A stretch of 64,000 nt of DNA from Pontiella sp. Its GTDB lineage: Bacteria; Verrucomicrobiota; Kiritimatiellia; Kiritimatiellales; Pontiellaceae. A model generated the notes under the pieces. That model saw only the letters and a list, made by a program, of their open reading frames with translations. It had not been told where the DNA came from and did not search any database. Shown here one piece after another: positions 9,455 to 19,171 of this stretch. The position numbers and the translations under genes were made by a program. The stretch spans positions 160,001 to 224,000 of the forward strand of contig JBNKHE010000004.1 of the NCBI GenBank assembly GCA_050290185.1, read 5' to 3'. Positions within the stretch are counted from its first letter, which is position 1, and each line of letters starts with the position of its first letter.

Positions 9455-10414
9455 CTACTCTGAAAGCGGAATGCGGAGGCGCGTTCCTGCCTGCACCTGG
9501 GATTCATCAGTGATATTGTTGTTCACCCGCAAGATTTCCGCCTTGCTTACTCCATATTCGCGAGCAATGTCATCGAGGGTTTCACCGGGATACAAGACGC
9601 GTTCTTCAACGACGCTCAGACTCGCCGAATCGGTTGCTTCAACCTCGTCGACAACAGGAGTCATCTCCGGCAAGGCCAGTTCCGGTTCAGCCAGTTCCGG
9701 TTCAGCCAGATCCGGTTCAGCGACCTTGGGTGCGGTTTTCGTCACAGTCTTTTTCGGTGTTGTCGATTTTTTGGTCGTGGTCGGGACCTTTCCACCGGCA
9801 GGGATATCCAGGGTTTCCCCTGCCATGATCTTATCGCCCTCGATATTATTCAGTTTGCGCAGTGAATCGATGCCGACACCTGCAGCAATGGCGATCTCTG
9901 AAAGGGTGTCCCCTTTCTGAATCGTGTAGGTTCCACCCTTCTTGATGTCCTGCGAACTTTTAGAGGACGACGCACTGGAAACACCGCCGCGACCGGCCGG
10001 CACAGATAATTCCTGACCGACATAGAGCACGTCCGGATTCGAGAGACCGTTCAGCCGAGCCAGTTCAGCGGTCGTGGTATCGAAATCAACCGCCAGCTGT
10101 GAAAGGGTGTCGCCCTTGCGAACAATATAGGTTTCCGTAGTCGTTGCAGACTCGCTGGGCATGTTGATCGGCGTCACATCGATAGGCTCCACGGGGGTAT
10201 AGAGAGGCCCTTCCGAAAAATTGTCAGGATACAGAGGTTGATCAACCTGCGTCATCATTGATGCAGAGGATTTACCACTATGCTCATGCCGGAACGGTCC
10301 GTGCTGAACGGCGGTGGAAGTGCCCTCCGACTCTGTGGTTACGCATCCCTGCGTCAGGGAAAGTGCGAACAACGCAGCAATATGTACACCCAAAACTGCT
10401 GATCCAATCTTCAT
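9455..10414 (-). CDS. LysM peptidoglycan-binding protein with three LysM domains, probable lipoprotein
   Basis: Signal ending LTQGC; YIVRKGDTLS, YTIQKGDTLS, LYPGETLDDIA; SD AAAGGAG. Confidence 0.88.
   Translation of the reverse strand: MKIGSAVLGVHIAALFALSLTQGCVTTESEGTSTAVQHGPFRHEHSGKSSASMMTQVDQPLYPDNFSEGPLYTPVEPIDVTPINMPSESATTTETYIVRKGDTLSQLAVDFDTTTAELARLNGLSNPDVLYVGQELSVPAGRGGVSSASSSKSSQDIKKGGTYTIQKGDTLSEIAIAAGVGIDSLRKLNNIEGDKIMAGETLDIPAGGKVPTTTKKSTTPKKTVTKTAPKVAEPDLAEPELAEPELALPEMTPVVDEVEATDSASLSVVEERVLYPGETLDDIAREYGVSKAEILRVNNNITDESQVQAGTRLRIPLSE
9675..9721. repeat. In-frame 15-bp tandem repeat x3 (AEPDL-AEPEL-AEPEL linker)
   Basis: gccagttccggttca x2 + gccagatccggttca. Confidence 0.9.
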
Positions 10415-10461
10415 AATCAAACTCCTTTAACAAAGCGCCCTATCGAGTGGCGACTCAAGTT

Positions 10462-11769
10462 TCACACAGCATCATCACCGGCATGCATCGACTTCTGGAA
10501 AAGCGTACTGAACCGCTCTCCGCGTTCTTCAAAACTGCAAAACTGATCAAAGCTGGCACAGCCTGGAGAAAGAAGAATGGTTTCCCCTGCTTTTGCCACC
10601 ATAGTTGCAGCTTGAAAAGCTTCTTCCAGCGTACCGCATTCGACACATGGACAAACTTCGTTCCACGCTTGATACATTGCCCTAGATGCTTGTCCAATAA
10701 GGTATATACTCCTTACCCGTTCCGCCAGTATTTCTTTTACAAAAGTATAGTCGGACTCCTTCGGAAGCCCTCCAGCAATGAGATGAACGCCCTCCCCGAT
10801 GCTCTGGACCGCGGCGGCCATGGCCGCCAGATTCGTGGCTTTCGAGTCATTCACGAAGGTTATCCCACTGATAACCCCCAGTTTTTGCATCCGGTGCGGC
10901 AAGGGGACAAACCGCTTTGCGGCCGTTTCCACGGCTTCCATCGGGATCCCGGCAGCGTCTGCAACCGCCGCTATGGCTGCGCCGGTGCAGCTACCAATCA
11001 CCGCGCTGTCGAACGACGTTCCTGCAAGATCGAGTACCGGTTCCGTGCCCCGGAAGACGGCTCCATCGCAAAACCGGTAGCCGGCGGATGGGGACGGGCC
11101 AAATGTGATCCAGGTTCTATCTTCACCAACCACGGCTCGAAAGCGCTCAATCCACTCGGAAGATACGAGGCACACATCCCCGGAAGAGGATGAAGAACCG
11201 AAGATGCGTGCCTTGGTGTGCCAATAGGTTTCCATGCTTCCATGACGGTCAAGATGGTTGGGTAATACATTCAGTACAACAGCGATATCTGCCCGGAAAC
11301 CGGAAACCGTCTCGAGCTGGAACGAACTAATCTCGAGCACCAGCCAATCCAGATTCGGATGCTCCATCACCACCTCGCAGGCCGGAATGCCGTAGTTGCC
11401 GCCAATCGCGGCATCCAGCCCGGCTTCCTGAAACGATTCGCAGATCCATTTCACGGCCGTACTTTTTCCGTTCGAGCCCGTAACGGCCACGGTTTTCCCC
11501 GGGTGCCGCAACCAGCCCAGCTCCAACTCCGAGAGTAGCGGTATGCCGGCATCCCGGACTGCGCATATCCAGGGATGGATCAGCGAAAAGCCGGGACTGA
11601 CGATGCATACGTCGAAAGGATGGTCCTGCAGCGCACGTACCAGTTCGGCATCTCCTGCGGTTTCGCGGGAGACGACCACCGTTTGCGTTCCTTCGGCGTG
11701 CAGCAACCGCTCGGCGGCCTGCCCGCTGCGGCCATAACCCAAAAGCAAAGCTGTGCTGTATTTATCCAT
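10462..11769 (-). CDS. murD: UDP-N-acetylmuramoyl-L-alanine--D-glutamate ligase
   Basis: GYGRSG, VTGSNGKST, LEISSFQL, NHLDRH, NDSKATN, LSPGCASFDQF. Confidence 0.96.
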   Translation of the reverse strand: MDKYSTALLLGYGRSGQAAERLLHAEGTQTVVVSRETAGDAELVRALQDHPFDVCIVSPGFSLIHPWICAVRDAGIPLLSELELGWLRHPGKTVAVTGSNGKSTAVKWICESFQEAGLDAAIGGNYGIPACEVVMEHPNLDWLVLEISSFQLETVSGFRADIAVVLNVLPNHLDRHGSMETYWHTKARIFGSSSSSGDVCLVSSEWIERFRAVVGEDRTWITFGPSPSAGYRFCDGAVFRGTEPVLDLAGTSFDSAVIGSCTGAAIAAVADAAGIPMEAVETAAKRFVPLPHRMQKLGVISGITFVNDSKATNLAAMAAAVQSIGEGVHLIAGGLPKESDYTFVKEILAERVRSIYLIGQASRAMYQAWNEVCPCVECGTLEEAFQAATMVAKAGETILLSPGCASFDQFCSFEERGERFSTLFQKSMHAGDDAV

Positions 11770-12908
11770 CAGCGGATCTTCAGCGTGGCCACGCCAATGA
11801 GGGCAAAGATGATCGACAGAATCCAGAACCGGGTCACGATCACGGTCTCGACGAGCTCCGGTGCGCGGTTTTCATCCATGGCCCGCTCCTTTTCCACAAA
11901 TTCGAAATGGTGGTGCAACGGAGCGCATTTAAACACACGGCGCCCCTGTCCGTAGCGTTTCCGGGTATATTTGAAATAGGAGCTTTGGATCACCACGCTG
12001 GCGGCTTCGATCACAAACACCCCGCCAACAATGATCAACAGGAGCTCCTGCTTAATCAGAATGGCGAGCATCGCAATGGCTCCCCCGAGCGACAGACTGC
12101 CGGTATCGCCCATGAAAATCTTAGCGGGATGGCAGTTGTACCACAGGAAACCAAGGCCGGCCCCCAGCAATGCACCGCAGAATACCGTAAGTTCGCCACT
12201 CCCTTTCACGAACGGAACCTGCAGGTATTCGGAAAAGCTGTAGTGGCCGGCCACATAGGTCATTAGCAGATAGGCCACAGCCACCGAATTCGAACAGCCA
12301 ATCGCCAGACCATCCAATCCATCCGTAAGGTTGACGGCGTTGGAGGCCCCCACCAGCACCAGCACCATAAAGACAAATCCCCCGATCAATCCCATGTCCA
12401 GAATCGGATATTTTATAAACGGGATCATCAGATCACGTACCCGCACCTGCGTTTCCGGAATTGACCAAAGTACGGCAAACACGATGCCCGTCCAAAGCAG
12501 TTGCATGGAAAACTTGGCCTTTACGCTGAGTCCGTTGCGCCGCTTGATTTTGAGATAATCGTCGGCAAAGCCAATCGCACCCATCAGCACAAACGTTCCA
12601 AGCGTGATCAAAACGTAGACATTGGATGGCATGGCCCAGAGCAAGGTCGCAGTGGCCGTCGCCAGAATAATCATCAAGCCGCCCATCGTAGGCGTGCCGA
12701 CCTTTCTACTCTTGTCCAGCACGCCGACCCGGTCATCTTCCTTCTGCTCGCCAAAATTGATGATGCGCAGCCGTCTGATCAACCAGGGCGCCATCAGGAG
12801 CGAAACCGTAAAAGCCGTCGCAGCCGCGCCCAGCGTCCGGAAAGTAATATATTGGAACAGCCGCAACTCGGACACATAGGATTCCAACAACGACAAATAA
12901 TACAACAT
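11769..12908 (-). CDS. mraY: Phospho-N-acetylmuramoyl-pentapeptide transferase
   Basis: GTPTMGG, DDYLK, NAVNLTDGLDGLA, FMGDTGSL, APLHHHFE. Confidence 0.97.
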   Translation of the reverse strand: MLYYLSLLESYVSELRLFQYITFRTLGAAATAFTVSLLMAPWLIRRLRIINFGEQKEDDRVGVLDKSRKVGTPTMGGLMIILATATATLLWAMPSNVYVLITLGTFVLMGAIGFADDYLKIKRRNGLSVKAKFSMQLLWTGIVFAVLWSIPETQVRVRDLMIPFIKYPILDMGLIGGFVFMVLVLVGASNAVNLTDGLDGLAIGCSNSVAVAYLLMTYVAGHYSFSEYLQVPFVKGSGELTVFCGALLGAGLGFLWYNCHPAKIFMGDTGSLSLGGAIAMLAILIKQELLLIIVGGVFVIEAASVVIQSSYFKYTRKRYGQGRRVFKCAPLHHHFEFVEKERAMDENRAPELVETVIVTRFWILSIIFALIGVATLKIR

Positions 12909-12911
12909 CCC

Positions 12912-14240
12912 TTAAATCTCCCTAAAACAATTCAAAACCCGCTCCAGTTGTTCACCGCGCGATGCCTTGAGCAGCACCCGGTCGCCCGCAGTCAGGTGGT
13001 CTTTTAAAATCTGCGCGGCCTCGGCCGCATCGGTACAATGGAAAAACGGTTGTTTCCCGTTGCACATAATCGTTCCCGCCAGTTCACCAACGGCGATGAC
13101 GCCATCGAGGCCAAGGTCGTCAACAAACCGACCCAGCGCCCTATGCTCTTCCACCGCAATAGCTCCCAGCTCACGCATACCGCCGATTACCGCCCACTTC
13201 CGGCCCGTTCCGGAAAGATTGGAAAAGGTCCGCAATCCGGCCCTCATCGAAAGTGGATTGGCATTATATGCATCGTTGATGAACTGAATACCACCGATTT
13301 CGCTCTCCTGCCAACGCATGGGGACGGCCTTGAACCGGCTGAGCCCTTCGGCAACCTGCTCTGGCTTCATGCCTTGTTCCAAACCAAGAGCAATGGCGCG
13401 CAACGCATTGCGCATAATATGCTCTCCGGGCAACGGCATGATATAATCATATCCGTTGACATTCATCACACCATCGCCCACCCGGCGCCCCACATAGTCG
13501 GCAATCCCCCCATACGAAACGGAAACCACATGGGCACAGGTGTGACCACGGATCATGGCGTACCACTCACTGTCGCGATCAAGAATAACCATGCCGGAAG
13601 GGGGCACACGCTCGGCCAGCTTTGATTTTTCACGGGCAATAGCCTCCAGCGAAGCAAAGCTTTCCCGATGGGCGTTGCAGATATCGGTAATCACGGCGAT
13701 TTTCGGCTGGAGCAGATAGGCCAGTCCGCCGATCTCTCCCGGATGATTCATCCCCACCTCAAAAACGCCGTAGCGTCCTGCCTGCGGCATGGCCAGCATG
13801 GTCAATGGCAAGCCGATGTGGTTATTGTAGTTGCCCGCCGTACGATGTGTCTTGCCCACCATGGAGAGCACATCAGCACACATCTCCTTAACCGTGGTCT
13901 TCCCGACACTGCCGGTAATGCCGACCGGTGTTCCCAGCCACTTCCTGCGGTAGCCCCGTGCCAGATCCTGCAAACCCCGAACCGTATCGGGAACCTTGAG
14001 AACAGGATTATTCGTCCATTGGAAATCGTCCTGCACCAGGGCCCCGATCGCGCCCTTATCAAAGGCTTCTTCAACAAATTTGTGACCGTCCAAGCGTTCT
14101 CCGCGGATCGCCACGTAGAAGTCACCCGGCCTCAGATTGCGCGTATCCTGTGTAACATTGCGTACGATCCCGTCGGGAATGCCGTTGCTCCACATTCTGG
14201 AAACCCACTGCGATAATTCTCCTGGACGAAATTCAGGCAT
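12912..14240 (-). CDS. murF: UDP-N-acetylmuramoyl-tripeptide--D-Ala-D-Ala ligase
   Basis: GITGSVGKTT, NYNNHIGLP, EVGMNHPGEI, NDAYNANP, KASRG. Confidence 0.96.
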   Translation of the reverse strand: MPEFRPGELSQWVSRMWSNGIPDGIVRNVTQDTRNLRPGDFYVAIRGERLDGHKFVEEAFDKGAIGALVQDDFQWTNNPVLKVPDTVRGLQDLARGYRRKWLGTPVGITGSVGKTTVKEMCADVLSMVGKTHRTAGNYNNHIGLPLTMLAMPQAGRYGVFEVGMNHPGEIGGLAYLLQPKIAVITDICNAHRESFASLEAIAREKSKLAERVPPSGMVILDRDSEWYAMIRGHTCAHVVSVSYGGIADYVGRRVGDGVMNVNGYDYIMPLPGEHIMRNALRAIALGLEQGMKPEQVAEGLSRFKAVPMRWQESEIGGIQFINDAYNANPLSMRAGLRTFSNLSGTGRKWAVIGGMRELGAIAVEEHRALGRFVDDLGLDGVIAVGELAGTIMCNGKQPFFHCTDAAEAAQILKDHLTAGDRVLLKASRGEQLERVLNCFREI

Positions 14241-15694
14241 TAACCAACAATCTCCCTGACGACTTCACGATCGTCGAACGGCACGATAGTACCATCGAAT
14301 TCCTGATAGGTCTCATGCCCTTTTCCGGCAATCACCAGCAAGTCATTGCGGCGCATCATCGCGATTGCCGCAGCAATGGCATCCCTGCGATCCAGCACAA
14401 CTTCATACCGCGTTGGATCATCACATCCCGCGATAACATCACCAACAATTGCAGCGGGATCTTCACGGCGGGGGTTGTCGGAGGTCACAATGGCATAGTC
14501 GGCCAGCCCGCAAGCCACCCGGCCCATTTTTTCGCGCTTGCCCGTGTCACGGTTCCCGCCGCAGCCAAACACGACAAGGAGGCGCCCTTTACAGATTTCC
14601 CGCAGGGTGTTGAGCACGTTTTTAAGCGCATCGTCCGTATGCGCATAGTCGACAAAGATTTTCCGGTTCCGGCGGTTGGGGACCAGTTCCAGCCGGCCGG
14701 GTACCGCATCAAGCTGCTCGAGCGAGCAAACGATTTGTTGAAGGCCAACACCACACAGTCCGCCAGCGGCAATGGCCGCAAGCGCATTATGGATGTTGAA
14801 ACGCCCCAGAAGCCGGAGATGGACCCGCCCCTCTCCCCAAGGCGTGGTGATGCGGAAGCTGGATCCGTGAGCATCAAGTTTAACCTTGGCGGCACGCACC
14901 TGTGCCTGTTCGCTGAAACCATAGGTTACGATATCGACATCGAGCGTCCGTTCCACCAGCTTGCGCCCCCACGGATCATCGACATTGATAACCGCAGACC
15001 GTTCGTCGCTTCTCTTCAACGACTCGAACAGGTTGGCCTTGGTATCAAAATAGGAATCCATGTCCCGATGGAAATCGAGATGATCCTGTGTCAGATTGGT
15101 AAAAACACCGATCTTAAAATCAATCGCATGCACACGCTCCATGGCAATGGCGTGCGAAGAAACCTCCAGCACCGCCGAATCGCAGCCATGCTCCTGCATC
15201 TGCCGGAACATGGAATGAATATCGGGTGCCTCCGGTGTCGTGCGCGAGGACGGCAGGGAACGGCCTCCGATCTCATAGGCCACGGTACCCAGCAATCCCG
15301 GCGTGTAGCCTCCATCCCTCAGGATATTTCGGATCATGTAACATGTCGTGGTCTTTCCGTTTGTTCCGGTCACACCGACCACCTTCATCCGGTGCGAAAG
15401 ATCGCCGAAAAAGGCATTGGCCAGTTCGGCCAGCGCACGCCGGGCATGCGGAACGTGGATATGAACAACACCGGATCCCAGGTCAAGCTGGCGCTCGGAA
15501 ACCACGGCAACAGCACCGTTCGACAGGGCATCGGGAATATATTCCGCCCCATCGGATTTCATGCCCGGCAAAGCCACAAAAAGCCCCCCGGGCTTTACCT
15601 GCCGCGAGTCGTAGGCAATGCCGTTGACTTCCACATTCAAATCCCCGGCAACGTCCAGTACCGTAATCGTTTCGAGCAGTTCGTTCAGCTTCAT
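14240..15694 (-). CDS. murE: UDP-N-acetylmuramoyl-dipeptide--diaminopimelate ligase
   Basis: VTGTNGKTT, EVSSH, DHLDFH, VDYAHT, DNPR (mDAP-type motif), AGKGHE. Confidence 0.96.
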   Translation of the reverse strand: MKLNELLETITVLDVAGDLNVEVNGIAYDSRQVKPGGLFVALPGMKSDGAEYIPDALSNGAVAVVSERQLDLGSGVVHIHVPHARRALAELANAFFGDLSHRMKVVGVTGTNGKTTTCYMIRNILRDGGYTPGLLGTVAYEIGGRSLPSSRTTPEAPDIHSMFRQMQEHGCDSAVLEVSSHAIAMERVHAIDFKIGVFTNLTQDHLDFHRDMDSYFDTKANLFESLKRSDERSAVINVDDPWGRKLVERTLDVDIVTYGFSEQAQVRAAKVKLDAHGSSFRITTPWGEGRVHLRLLGRFNIHNALAAIAAGGLCGVGLQQIVCSLEQLDAVPGRLELVPNRRNRKIFVDYAHTDDALKNVLNTLREICKGRLLVVFGCGGNRDTGKREKMGRVACGLADYAIVTSDNPRREDPAAIVGDVIAGCDDPTRYEVVLDRRDAIAAAIAMMRRNDLLVIAGKGHETYQEFDGTIVPFDDREVVREIVG

Positions 15695-17505
15695 TCGTCG
15701 GGCCTCACCACATAGATCCGGTTTCCATCGGGTGCAATACGCAGATAGCGCACGGCAAACTCGGCAATCTCACTAAACGCAGGACCGCATACGGTGCCGC
15801 CATGCTGGCCGATCGGCTTGCCGTTCCGGTTATATTTCACGGGATCGTCAGCCACCACGATGATGCCGATTTCCGGATTGTTCGCGGGGATGAATCCGGC
15901 AAACGACGCCATGAACTTGTGTTCATAATACCCCCCGCCCTCTTCCTTCGGGCGGATTTTCTGCGCGGTACCGGTCTTCCCGGCCACCGTATAGCCCTCA
16001 ACCCGGGCCTTGGGCGCGGTTCCGCCGTTTTCGGTTACGCGGGCCAGACAGCGCTGCATCTCGCGGGCCGTTGACGGGGCGATCGGGCGGCCCAGTTCCT
16101 CCGGTTTGTTTTCCAGCACGACATGGCCGTCCGCAGCAACCACCTTTTTTACCACATAGGGCTTCATTTGTACGCCGTTGTAGGCGATGGCATCCATCAT
16201 GGAGATCATCTGCATCGCCGTAACGGCGATTCCTTGCCCCATGCCGATGCGCGTAATGCGGATCTTCGACCAATGCTTCGGGGACGTTAAAATCCCCCCT
16301 TCCTCGCCCGGCAGCCCGATGCCGAGCCGGTTGCCAAAATGGAAGGCCTTGAAATGGTCGTACACCGTCTGCTCGCCCATCATGATCGCAATCTTGGCGG
16401 TACCGATATTGCTGGAATATTTCAACACGTCCGCGACGCTCAGTCGGTCCCATCCCGGGGGATCGTCTCGCAGCTTAAAGCGAGGCCAATAGCGGTTCTC
16501 GCATTCTATCATGGTGTTCGTTGCTACGACATGCTCATCGAGCGCACTCGAAATCAAGGCCGCCTTCATGACCGAACCCGGCTCGTAGTTCACGCTAATT
16601 GCCCGGTTACGCATCCAATCAGGCGGCGCGTTGCGATAACGGTTAAGATCATAAGTGGGATAGGATGCCATCGCCAGGATCTCGCCGGTGCTCACGCGTT
16701 GAACGATGGCCCAAACCGCCTTGGCATTGAAGTCGTTGCAGGTTTTTTCGATGGTCTTTTCCACGAAGTACTGCAGTTGCTGATCGAGTGTCAGCACCAC
16801 GGTAGCCCCGTCTTCGGGGGGAATATCAACCGTTCGGCTGCCATAGATTTCGCGCCGCCGCCCATCCTTCGCGCTAATGCGTAAACCTTCTTTGCCGCGC
16901 AGGAATTCATCCATGCGCTGCTCGATTCCCGCACTGCCGACCCCCTCCATATTGGAAAATCCGACGACGTGCGCCATCAACGGCCCTTTGGGATAGTTGC
17001 GGATCGAGGTTTCCTGCATCGTGACACCGCGCAGATAAATGTTGGTTTCCCCGCCTTCGAGCGGTTCCCGCGGCGTATAGACCACACCATAGGCCCTCGG
17101 ATCAAAACGTTTTAGTTTTTGCTCCGGCACATAACGCTTAATGGGCACCCACCGACGCGTGGCATCATCCAAATCCTGCCAAAGCTCGTCTTCCGGAATA
17201 TGGAATTCCTGCGACATGTATTTGGCCACCGCTTCGGGATTGCCATTTTCGTGGATGTCCTTGGGATCAAGGCAAACGTGGTACGCGGTCATGTCCATGG
17301 CCAGAATTTCGCCGTTGCAATCTACGATTCGTCCGCGGCTGCCGACCGGTTTCCATTCCAGCTTCCGGTTCTCCTGAATCGGGGTCAGGACCCAAGCTTC
17401 GGGCTTGAGCTGCACGAAACAAAGGCGCAATGCAATGCCGGCGAAAACGAGTAGCACCATTCCCGCGAGCACTCCAACCCTCCATTTATACCGCACTTCC
17501 GCCAT
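15691..17505 (-). CDS. ftsI: Class B penicillin-binding protein (FtsI/PBP3)
   Basis: N-terminal TM, RGRIVD, RNYP, EPGSVMK (SxxK), SSN, KTGTAQ. Confidence 0.93.
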   Translation of the reverse strand: MAEVRYKWRVGVLAGMVLLVFAGIALRLCFVQLKPEAWVLTPIQENRKLEWKPVGSRGRIVDCNGEILAMDMTAYHVCLDPKDIHENGNPEAVAKYMSQEFHIPEDELWQDLDDATRRWVPIKRYVPEQKLKRFDPRAYGVVYTPREPLEGGETNIYLRGVTMQETSIRNYPKGPLMAHVVGFSNMEGVGSAGIEQRMDEFLRGKEGLRISAKDGRRREIYGSRTVDIPPEDGATVVLTLDQQLQYFVEKTIEKTCNDFNAKAVWAIVQRVSTGEILAMASYPTYDLNRYRNAPPDWMRNRAISVNYEPGSVMKAALISSALDEHVVATNTMIECENRYWPRFKLRDDPPGWDRLSVADVLKYSSNIGTAKIAIMMGEQTVYDHFKAFHFGNRLGIGLPGEEGGILTSPKHWSKIRITRIGMGQGIAVTAMQMISMMDAIAYNGVQMKPYVVKKVVAADGHVVLENKPEELGRPIAPSTAREMQRCLARVTENGGTAPKARVEGYTVAGKTGTAQKIRPKEEGGGYYEHKFMASFAGFIPANNPEIGIIVVADDPVKYNRNGKPIGQHGGTVCGPAFSEIAEFAVRYLRIAPDGNRIYVVRPDE

Positions 17506-17533
17506 ACGCTTGCTTTCACTCCTGTTTTACGGC

Positions 17534-17566
17534 AAAACCCGCAACCTGCCTTCGCAGCGTCGCGGG
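17534..17566 (-). terminator. Terminator-like hairpin between ftsL and ftsI
   Basis: Minus strand CCCGCGAC-G-CTGC-GAAG-GCAG-GTTGCGGG-TTTT. Confidence 0.5.
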
Positions 17567-17632
17567 AGTTGGGGATGCGCTTCGGCCGGTTTGCCTCCGC
17601 CTCCTATTTGGCTGTCGTCTACCGGCCTGACA

Positions 17633-18013
17633 TCATGGCCGCACCAGCGATCGCGTATCAGACATCGCCGTCAAGTCCGCCAGCTCCCAATGTCCCATCT
17701 TCACGACTTGTGATTCCAAAGGCATATCCATATCCAGACCAAACTTCCGGATCGCCTGCCGCAGATTCGACGGAGACGTCATGATCGACCAACGCTCCTG
17801 TTCGTTGTTGCAGCGCTTTTGGGCAGAAGCCAGCTCGGCCTCCTTCCCCTTGATCTCGCGACCGAGGGCATCGCAGCGCGCGCACAACCACATGTAACTC
17901 AGGCCAAGCACCGTAACCAACACCAGCACATTGGCCAGCGCCACCGGGAAAGGCACCTGCACCTGGTTCTTTTTCTTTTTTTTATTCCTGTTGGTTTTTC
18001 GTTTTGTAGCCAT
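17633..18013 (-). CDS. ftsL: FtsL-like cell division protein
   Basis: Basic N-terminus, single TM, coiled coil; lies between rsmH and ftsI. Confidence 0.75.
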   Translation of the reverse strand: MATKRKTNRNKKKKKNQVQVPFPVALANVLVLVTVLGLSYMWLCARCDALGREIKGKEAELASAQKRCNNEQERWSIMTSPSNLRQAIRKFGLDMDMPLESQVVKMGHWELADLTAMSDTRSLVRP

Positions 18014-18014
18014 G

Positions 18015-18944
18015 TTACACTCCCACTCGGACCGCGCGCAGCTTGGCCGAACGCGATCGCGGATTTACGGCTTGCTCTTCTACGGTAGCCGTCTTCGGCT
18101 TCTTCCAAATCCATTCCACCGGCGGCTCCTCGTAGATCCGCCGCACGCCACCCTGCTGCAGCGATTCCTCGCGCGGCACATGGCGGTTAAAAAACTGTTT
18201 CACCATACGGTCCTCCAGACTGTGGAAGGTCAGCACCACGAAGCGGCCGCCCTCGACAATCCGGTCAATCATGCTCTCAAGCACCTGTTCGATTCCGGCC
18301 AGCTCGTCGTTGACCGCCATCCGAAGAGCCTGAAAAGTCTGGGTTGCCGGATGGGTTTTCCGCCCTTTCCGGCCTCCCTTTGCCCGTTCCACGATCCCCG
18401 CCAACTGCAGCGTGGTCTCAATGTGGTTCTTCGCCCGGGCCTGCACAATCGCCCGCGCAATGCGGCGTGCGGCGCGATCCTCTCCATATTTAAAAATAAT
18501 ATCCGCCAGTTCCTGCTCCTCCGCCTCGTTGACCAGATCAGAGGCGGTGAGCCCCTTGGTCTGATCCATCCGCATGTCGATCGGCGCTTCCTGCTGAAAG
18601 CTAAAGCCACGCTCCGCAAGATCGAGCTGGAAGGAACTGACTCCCAGATCGAGCAGTATGCCGTTCACCTTTTCAATCCCCAGGCGATCGAAGTGCTCGG
18701 CCATGTTCGCATAATTGTCATGCACGAGTTCCACTCGTTTCCCCGCTCCTGATTGAAGTGTTTCTCTCACCCGCTCGATGGCATCGATGTCGCGATCAAA
18801 CCCGACCAGCATGCCGCCCTTACCCAGCCGCTCCAAAATTCTTCCCGCATGCCCGCCGTTACCCAGGGTGCCGTCTACGTAGACCCCGCACGGATCCGTA
18901 ATCAGCGCCTCCAGGCACTCATCAAGCATGACCGGTATATGCAC
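18015..18944 (-). CDS. rsmH: 16S rRNA m4C1402 methyltransferase
   Basis: HIPVM, DGTLGNGGH, DLGVSSFQLD..RGFSF, TFQALR, FHSLEDR, NPRSRSAKLR. Confidence 0.97.
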   Translation of the reverse strand: MHIPVMLDECLEALITDPCGVYVDGTLGNGGHAGRILERLGKGGMLVGFDRDIDAIERVRETLQSGAGKRVELVHDNYANMAEHFDRLGIEKVNGILLDLGVSSFQLDLAERGFSFQQEAPIDMRMDQTKGLTASDLVNEAEEQELADIIFKYGEDRAARRIARAIVQARAKNHIETTLQLAGIVERAKGGRKGRKTHPATQTFQALRMAVNDELAGIEQVLESMIDRIVEGGRFVVLTFHSLEDRMVKQFFNRHVPREESLQQGGVRRIYEEPPVEWIWKKPKTATVEEQAVNPRSRSAKLRAVRVGV

Positions 18945-19148
18945 TTAGCCCTTTCGTCCACTGACCGGAACCCGGTCCATGACTTCCTCCTCCTGCCGAC
19001 CAAAGCACCAGTGGCTTTGGTTGCCGTGCAGGCAGGAAAACAGATGGGTGGTATTGACCATCGACAAACTGAAGAAGCGATCGCCCTCCGGGGCGAGATC
19101 CACCGACTTCGAATAACTCAAGAAACGGGCCACATCCAACATGCTCAT
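18945..19148 (-). CDS. Putative 67-aa uORF/leader peptide in frame with rsmH
   Basis: Purine-rich SD (AAGGGGG) before ATG 19148; its TAA is immediately followed by the rsmH GTG; fills the mraZ-rsmH gap. Confidence 0.5.
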   Translation of the reverse strand: MSMLDVARFLSYSKSVDLAPEGDRFFSLSMVNTTHLFSCLHGNQSHWCFGRQEEEVMDRVPVSGRKG

Positions 19149-19171
19149 TGCATCCCCCTTTTGCTCCTTCT

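Noticed and set aside
17595..17635. SRP-RNA-like string TCAGGCCGGTAGACGACAGCC
   Set aside because: Lacks the GNRA-capped stem and AGCAG of SRP domain IV, and the pairing does not work
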